From Planctomycetota bacterium (GTDB lineage: Bacteria; Planctomycetota; UBA1135; UBA2386), in assembly GCA_046290465.1 (NCBI GenBank), contig JBKAGP010000001.1:3392001-3456000 (forward strand): 64,000 bases of DNA, read 5' to 3'. Positions 58,460 through 64,000 of the stretch are shown in pieces (the first letter of the stretch is position 1; the number at the start of each line of letters is the position of its first letter). The translations under genes and the position numbers were made by a program. Below the pieces are notes generated by a model that was not told the DNA's origin, made no database searches, and was given only the letters and a program-made list of their open reading frames with translations.

Positions 58460-59596
58460 ATGCAGACCTTCGACTACGCCCACCTCGACGACTCCCTCGC
58501 CCAGAAGCTGATCGACCGCGCCGGCCTCGGCGAGATCGACCGCAAGGTCCGCGACGGCGAGCGCCTGACGTTCGAGGACGGGGTCACGCTCTACAAGACG
58601 CCGCACCTGGCGGCCGTCGGCCTGATGGCCCACCGCGTGCGCACGCGCATGCACGGCAAGAAGACCTACTTCAACATCAACCAGCACGTCAACTACACCA
58701 ACATCTGCCAGTACTCGTGCAAGTTCTGCGCGTTCGCGGCGAAGGAAGGTGAGGAGCGCGGCTACCTGATGACGCCGGAGATCGTCGAGCAGAAGGTCAA
58801 AGAGCAGCTGCACCGCCCGGTGACCGAGGTCCACATGGTCGCCGGCATCCACCCCAAGATGGGGTACGACTACTACATCGACGTGGTCAAGGCGGCCAAG
58901 CGCGCGCGCCCCGACATCCACGTCAAGGCGTTCACGATGGTCGAGATCGACCACATGCTGAAGATCTCGGGCAAGTCCGAGGACGAGGTCTTCCAGGACC
59001 TGCGCGACGCCGGCCTCGGCTCGTGCCCCGGCGGCGGCGCCGAGGTGCTGGTCGACCGCGTGCACAAGGCCGTGTTCCGCGAGAAGCAGAGCCCCGACGG
59101 CTGGATCGACACCGCGCGCAAGGTGCAGAAGGCCGGCTTCAAGATGAACGCCACGATGCTCTACGGCCACATCGAGCGGGTCGAAGAACGTGTGACCCAC
59201 CTGATGAGGCTCCGAGAGCTGCAGGACGAGTGCGGCAACTTCATGGCCTACATCCCGCTCGCGTTCTGGCCCTACCACACCGACCTCGAGAACTTCGGCC
59301 ACGAGACCACCGGCTACCTCGACCAGCGCTCGATCGCGGTCGGCCGCCTGATGCTCGACAACTTCCCGCACGTGAAGGCCTACTGGATCATGCTGACGCG
59401 CGAGTCGGCGCAGACGGCCCTGAGCTTCGGCGCCAACGACATCGACGGCACCGTCACCGAGGAGAAGATCACGCACGACGCCGGCACCACCGAGCCGGAG
59501 GTGCTGACCGTCGACCAGATCGGCCACCTGATCCGCGAGGCGGGCTACGAGCCGGTGCAGCGCACGACGGTCTACGAAGAGGTCGTCGCCAGCTAG
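58460..59596 (+). CDS. mqnE: aminofutalosine synthase (radical SAM)
   Basis: FNINQHVNYTNICQYSCKFCAF, EVHMVAG.HP, HVKAFT, NATMLYGHIE, LDNFPHVKAYW, DIDGTV.EEKI. Confidence 0.92.
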   Translation: MQTFDYAHLDDSLAQKLIDRAGLGEIDRKVRDGERLTFEDGVTLYKTPHLAAVGLMAHRVRTRMHGKKTYFNINQHVNYTNICQYSCKFCAFAAKEGEERGYLMTPEIVEQKVKEQLHRPVTEVHMVAGIHPKMGYDYYIDVVKAAKRARPDIHVKAFTMVEIDHMLKISGKSEDEVFQDLRDAGLGSCPGGGAEVLVDRVHKAVFREKQSPDGWIDTARKVQKAGFKMNATMLYGHIERVEERVTHLMRLRELQDECGNFMAYIPLAFWPYHTDLENFGHETTGYLDQRSIAVGRLMLDNFPHVKAYWIMLTRESAQTALSFGANDIDGTVTEEKITHDAGTTEPEVLTVDQIGHLIREAGYEPVQRTTVYEEVVAS

Positions 59597-59675
59597 GAGC
59601 GCGTCCATGTGGTGGACGCGCTGCCGACCGTGATCGCGGAAGCGGCGTGTCCGCGTGCGGACGGGGCTTTGCGCG

Positions 59676-61052
59676 CTAGGAGCGCCGCGCGGCGCGCGCG
59701 AACACCGCCAGCAGCGCCACGCCCGACGTCACGACCAGCACCAGGTAGGCCGAGTGCACGGTCGCCAGCAGGGCGGCCCGGTCTTCCTGGACCGAGCGTT
59801 CGCCGAAGCGCAGCGCGATCAGCGCCGACGTGATCGCCATGCCGCTGAACATGCCGATGCCGCGCGACTGCGCCGCGATCGCCGACGCGAAGCCGCCGCG
59901 CTCGCGCGGCAGGCTGCCGAGGATCAGCGACAGGTTGGGCGACGAGAACAGACCGAAGCCGAGACCCTGCGTGCCGAGCACCGCGCCGACCCACCACGCG
60001 GGCGCATCGCCGTCGAGGCACAGGCCGAGCGCCGAGCTGATCGCGACGAACACGACGCCGATGCCGGAGACCACCTGCGGCCGCATGCGGTCGGACAGCC
60101 GACCGGCGTAGGGCGCGACGATCGCCATCACGATCGACCCGGTCATCAGCCAGAGGCCCGCGAAGCGCGCGTCGAGCCCCTTGCCGACCTGCAGGTACAG
60201 GCTCAGCAGGAAGATCGAGCAGTAGGCGTTGAGGTAGAGCAGGGCCTGCACCAGCAGGGCTGCGCGCAGCACGCCGTTGCGGACCAGTTCGCGCAGGTCG
60301 AGCAGCGGGTCCTGCAGCCGCGGCTGCCACCAGAAGAACGCGCCGAGCAGGACCGCCGCCGCCGCCGCCCACGGCCACGGCGAGGCGCCGCGTTCGAGCG
60401 CGGAGACCAGCACCACGATCGGCGCGGTGCCGACGCAGATCAGCACCGTGCTCGGCAGGTGCAGCCCTGCGGTCGGCTTCTGCCAGCGGTCGCGTAGCTG
60501 CAGCAGCACCGGCAGGCCGCCGATCAGGATCTGCGCGGCGCCGACGAAGAACACGCTGCGCCAGCCGAGGTTCTCGACGATCCACCCCGCGGCCAGCGGC
60601 CCGAACGCGAGGCCCGCGTAGGCCATGCCCATCATCGCGCCGAAGATGCGCCCGCGCCGTTCGGCCGGCACCAGGTCGGTCAGCAGGGCCGGCCCCGACG
60701 CCGTGCAGAGCGCCGCCGAGATCCCCTGCAGCACACGCAGCACCAGGACCAGCGAGCCGTCGGACACGCAGCCGATCAGCAGCGACAGCAGGCCGAACGC
60801 GGCCAGCATCCAGCGGTAGACCAGGCCGCGCGGGGCGATGTCGGCGATGCGACCGGCGGGCAGCAGGAACGCCGTGCTCGACGCGATGAAGACGGTCTCG
60901 ACCAGGCCGAGCGACGCCGCCGACATCTGCAGTTCGCGCCCCATCTCCGGCAGCGCGATCGCGACGCCGGAGAACATGAAGGCGGGCCCGAACTGCGCGA
61001 TCACGATCGATCGCACCAGCCAGCGGTTGTCGGTCGCTTGCAGGGTCGGCAC
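59676..61052 (-). CDS. MFS transporter (DHA2-like)
   Basis: GRIAD, LRVLQG, ERRG..FG, WRSVFF, GLFSSPN; about 14 TM; GTG start estimated. Confidence 0.9.
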   Translation of the reverse strand: MPTLQATDNRWLVRSIVIAQFGPAFMFSGVAIALPEMGRELQMSAASLGLVETVFIASSTAFLLPAGRIADIAPRGLVYRWMLAAFGLLSLLIGCVSDGSLVLVLRVLQGISAALCTASGPALLTDLVPAERRGRIFGAMMGMAYAGLAFGPLAAGWIVENLGWRSVFFVGAAQILIGGLPVLLQLRDRWQKPTAGLHLPSTVLICVGTAPIVVLVSALERGASPWPWAAAAAVLLGAFFWWQPRLQDPLLDLRELVRNGVLRAALLVQALLYLNAYCSIFLLSLYLQVGKGLDARFAGLWLMTGSIVMAIVAPYAGRLSDRMRPQVVSGIGVVFVAISSALGLCLDGDAPAWWVGAVLGTQGLGFGLFSSPNLSLILGSLPRERGGFASAIAAQSRGIGMFSGMAITSALIALRFGERSVQEDRAALLATVHSAYLVLVVTSGVALLAVFARAARRS

Positions 61053-61057
61053 CGAGG

Positions 61058-62497
61058 TCAGGCCAGGATGCCGCGCACGACCTTCGCCGGCTCGACGCCA
61101 GTGAGCTTCTGGTCGAGGCCCTGGAACGGGAACGTCAGCCGCTCGTGGTCGACGCCACACAGGTGCAGCATGGTCGCGTGCAGGTCGTGCACCGAGACCG
61201 GGTCGCGCGCGACGTTGTAGCTGAAGTCGTCGGTCTCGCCGTAGTGCAGGCCGCCGCGGATGCCGCCGCCGGCCAGCCAGCCGCTGAAGCAGCGCGGGTG
61301 GTGGTCGCGGCCGTAGTCGTGCCGTTCGAGCCGGCCCTGGCCGTAGACCGTGCGACCGAACTCGCCGGCGAACACCACCAGCGTGTCGTCGAGCAGCCCG
61401 CGCCGCTTGAGGTCGATCAGCAGCGCCGCCGACGGCTGGTCGACGTCGAAGCATTGGCCCGGGAGCTGCTTGGGCAGGATCGTGTGGTGGTCCCAACCGC
61501 GGTGGAAGATCTGCACGAAGCGCACGTCGCGTTCGATCATGCGGCGCGCGAGCAGGCAGTTGCGCGCGAACGAGCCGGGCTTGTCGACCTCGGGGCCGTA
61601 GAGCGCGCGCACGCTCTCCGGTTCGCTCGCGACATCGGTCAGCTCGGGCACCGACGCCTGCATGCGGAACGCCATCTCCTGCTGCGCGATCGTCGTCGCG
61701 ATCGCCGGATCGCCGAGCTCCTGATGGTGCTTGTCGTTGAGCGCCGCGACCGCGTCCAGCATGCGCCGCCGCACGCCGCGGTCGACGCCCGCCGGGTTGG
61801 ACAAGAACAGCACCGGGTCGCCGTTGGTCTGGAACGCGGTGCCCTGGTGCTTGCCCGGCAGGAAGCCGCTCGACCACAGCCGGCTGTAGAGGCCCTGCAC
61901 GTTGCGCGTGCCGCCGGTCCAGTACGCCGAGGTCAGCACGACGAAGTCCGGCAGGTCGCGGTTGAGCGAGCCGAGCCCGTAGCTCAGCCACGCGCCCATG
62001 CTGGCCTTGCCCGGGATCTCCGAGCCGGTGCAGAAGAACGTCTTGCCCGGGTCGTGGTTGATCGCGTTGGTGGTCAGCGACCGCACCACGCAGATGTCGT
62101 CGGCCACGCCGCCGAGGTGCGGCAGCAGCTCGCTCCACCAGCCGCCGCTCTGGCCACGGCGCGAGAACCCGAACATCGACGGCGCGCACAGCTGCGTGCG
62201 GCCGCGCGTCATCGCGGTCACGCGCTGGCCGTTGCTCACGCTCGGCGGCAGCGGCTCCTTGAAGCGCTTGGCCAGGTCCGGCTTGTAGTCGAACAGGTCG
62301 AGCTGGCTCGGCGCCCCCGCCATGAACAGGAAGATCACGCGCTTGGCGCGCGGCGCGTGGTGCATGCCGCGCCGGCCGTCGTCGTTCCCGCCGTGCAGCA
62401 GCGAGTTGCCGACGACCGCGCCGAGCCCCATCGCCGACGTCTTCAAGAAGGTCCGGCGCTGCTGCAGCGCCAACAGGTCTCGCAGCGGTCGGCTCAT
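61058..62497 (-). CDS. DUF1501 family protein (Tat-exported)
   Basis: RRTFLK; AKRVIFLFMAGAPSQLDLFDYKP, GWDHH, GEFGRT, GRDHH, HDLHAT. Confidence 0.95.
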   Translation of the reverse strand: MSRPLRDLLALQQRRTFLKTSAMGLGAVVGNSLLHGGNDDGRRGMHHAPRAKRVIFLFMAGAPSQLDLFDYKPDLAKRFKEPLPPSVSNGQRVTAMTRGRTQLCAPSMFGFSRRGQSGGWWSELLPHLGGVADDICVVRSLTTNAINHDPGKTFFCTGSEIPGKASMGAWLSYGLGSLNRDLPDFVVLTSAYWTGGTRNVQGLYSRLWSSGFLPGKHQGTAFQTNGDPVLFLSNPAGVDRGVRRRMLDAVAALNDKHHQELGDPAIATTIAQQEMAFRMQASVPELTDVASEPESVRALYGPEVDKPGSFARNCLLARRMIERDVRFVQIFHRGWDHHTILPKQLPGQCFDVDQPSAALLIDLKRRGLLDDTLVVFAGEFGRTVYGQGRLERHDYGRDHHPRCFSGWLAGGGIRGGLHYGETDDFSYNVARDPVSVHDLHATMLHLCGVDHERLTFPFQGLDQKLTGVEPAKVVRGILA

Positions 62498-64000
62498 TGG
62501 TGGGTCTTGGTGACGTCGAGGTTGTAGACGGCGCTGACCACCATGGTCCACGCGGCCAGTTCGGGCGCAGCGACCCCGTCGGGCAGCGCGACGCCGCGGC
62601 AGGCCGCGTCGGCCAGGCCCGGCCGCTGGCCGTAGTCGCGGCGCAGTTCGTCGAGCGACGAGCGCAGCAACTCGCGCTCGCGCGCGTCGGGCAGGTGCGA
62701 CGTGATCGTCTCGAACACGAACGCCAACCGCTGCGCGTCGTCGCCGCGCAGATCCCGCAGCGTGGTCAGCGCCAGGTGGCGCGCGGCGCGGTGGTATTCG
62801 GGTTCGTTGAGCAGCAGCAGCGCCTGCAGCGGCGTGTTGGTGCGTTCGCGTCGCACCACGCACGCCTCGCGCGTCGGAGCGTTGAGGATCGTCATCTGCG
62901 GCGGCGGCAGCCCGCGCTTCCAGAACGTGTAGATGCTGCGCCGCACGATCTGGTCGCCGGAGTCCTGCCGGTAGCTGCGCGGGAACGACGACGGCAGCGC
63001 GACCGCCTTCCAGATGCCGGCCGGCTGCGGCGGCTTGACGCTCTTGCCGAACATCTCCGGGTTCAACAGCCCGCTGCTGGCGAGCACCTGGTCGCGCAGC
63101 ATCTCGGCGTCCATGCGGAAGCGCGCGCCGCGCGCCAGCAGGCGGTTGTCGGGATCGCGCCGGAACGCCGCCGGGCTCGCCGCCGACGACTGCCGGTAGG
63201 TCTGCGACGTGACGATCGCGCGCACCAGCACCTTGACGTTCCATCCCGAGCGCACGAACCGCGTCGCCAGGTGGTCGAGCAGCTGCGGGTGGCTCGGCAC
63301 CTCGCCCTGCATGCCGAAGTCCTCCGCCGTGCGCACCAGCCCGACGCCGAAGAACTGCTGCCAGAACCGGTTGACGGCGACGCGCGCGGTCAGCGGATGC
63401 TGCGGGTCGAGCAGCCAGTCGGCGAGGTCCATGCGCGACGGCCGCGGACCGCGGCTGCGCAGCGGCGGCAGGAATGCCGGCGTGCCGCGTGCCACCTGCT
63501 CGCCCGGCTGGTCGTACTGGCCGCGCACGAACACGTGCGTCGGCCGCACGTCGGCGCGCTCCTTCATCACCATCGCCGCCGGGATCTGCAGCGTCAGTTC
63601 GTCGCGCTGCTTCTGCACCTTGCCGACCTCGGCCTTGGCGCGCTCGACCGCCTGGCCGGCGAGCCCGGCGAACGGCTCGAGGCACAGGCGCGCCAGCCAC
63701 TCGGCTCCGGTGCGCGCACCGTCGGCGGCACGCTGCCGTCGAGCCAGCCGGCGCCGCGCCGCCTGCTGCGACGGGTCCGGCAGATCGACGAACGGCGGCT
63801 GCAGGCCGCGACGGAAGTCGGTGCCGTTGCGGCGACCGGTCTCGGGGTCGGCGTCGAGGTTGTTGAAGAACGCCGCGAACCGGTAGAAGTCGCGCTGCTC
63901 GATCGGGTCGTACTTGTGGTCGTGGCACTGCGCGCAGCCGACGGTCATGCCGAGGAACACGGTGCCGAACGCGTTGACGCGGTCGATGACGTTGCGCGCC
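62494..64000 (-). CDS. PSD1/DUF1549-DUF1553 planctomycete cytochrome c-type domain protein, 5'-truncated by window edge
   Basis: FLGMTVGCAQCHDHKYDP, HPLTARVAVNRFW, PSHPQLLD.LA, RRSIY, TNTPLQAL.LLN. Confidence 0.95.
   Translation of the reverse strand, partial: ARNVIDRVNAFGTVFLGMTVGCAQCHDHKYDPIEQRDFYRFAAFFNNLDADPETGRRNGTDFRRGLQPPFVDLPDPSQQAARRRLARRQRAADGARTGAEWLARLCLEPFAGLAGQAVERAKAEVGKVQKQRDELTLQIPAAMVMKERADVRPTHVFVRGQYDQPGEQVARGTPAFLPPLRSRGPRPSRMDLADWLLDPQHPLTARVAVNRFWQQFFGVGLVRTAEDFGMQGEVPSHPQLLDHLATRFVRSGWNVKVLVRAIVTSQTYRQSSAASPAAFRRDPDNRLLARGARFRMDAEMLRDQVLASSGLLNPEMFGKSVKPPQPAGIWKAVALPSSFPRSYRQDSGDQIVRRSIYTFWKRGLPPPQMTILNAPTREACVVRRERTNTPLQALLLLNEPEYHRAARHLALTTLRDLRGDDAQRLAFVFETITSHLPDARERELLRSSLDELRRDYGQRPGLADAACRGVALPDGVAAPELAAWTMVVSAVYNLDVTKTHQ

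Noticed and set aside
52453..59596. Two radical SAM genes as a RiPP cluster
   Set aside because: They match MqnC and MqnE of the futalosine menaquinone pathway; no precursor peptide nearby

Overview
High-GC bacterial DNA, very likely from a Planctomycetota genome (DUF1501 plus PSD1/DUF1553 pair, planctomycete-style integrase N-terminus, ECF sigma fused to extracellular repeats). It contains ordinary genes: futalosine-pathway mqnC/mqnE, glpK, nitrilase, oligopeptidase B, transporters and secreted proteins. Three things stand out. (1) 16.8-23.0 kb: a co-oriented cluster with a short exosortase-family transpeptidase, one small 8-Cys acidic secreted protein bearing a C-terminal sorting tail, two paralogous MauE/DoxX-thioredoxin fusions and a carboxypeptidase-regulatory-repeat protein. 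This is a candidate dedicated 'fold disulfides, then sort' system. (2) About 25.4-41.8 kb: a lower-GC element next to the 3' end of tRNA-Pro(GGG) that looks like an integrated iteron plasmid. It has an integrase, parA plus partner with flanking repeats, a repA split by an out-of-frame (GA)18 tract, five iterons with DnaA boxes, a second tyrosine recombinase with a dif-like site, and defence/TA cargo (ietAS-like, DUF4145, trypsin-like protease, truncated ABC-type ATPase). (3) A thiaminase I-like lipoprotein and a family of long intergenic palindromes. All calls come from motif recognition by eye; no database searches were run, and start codons are best estimates.
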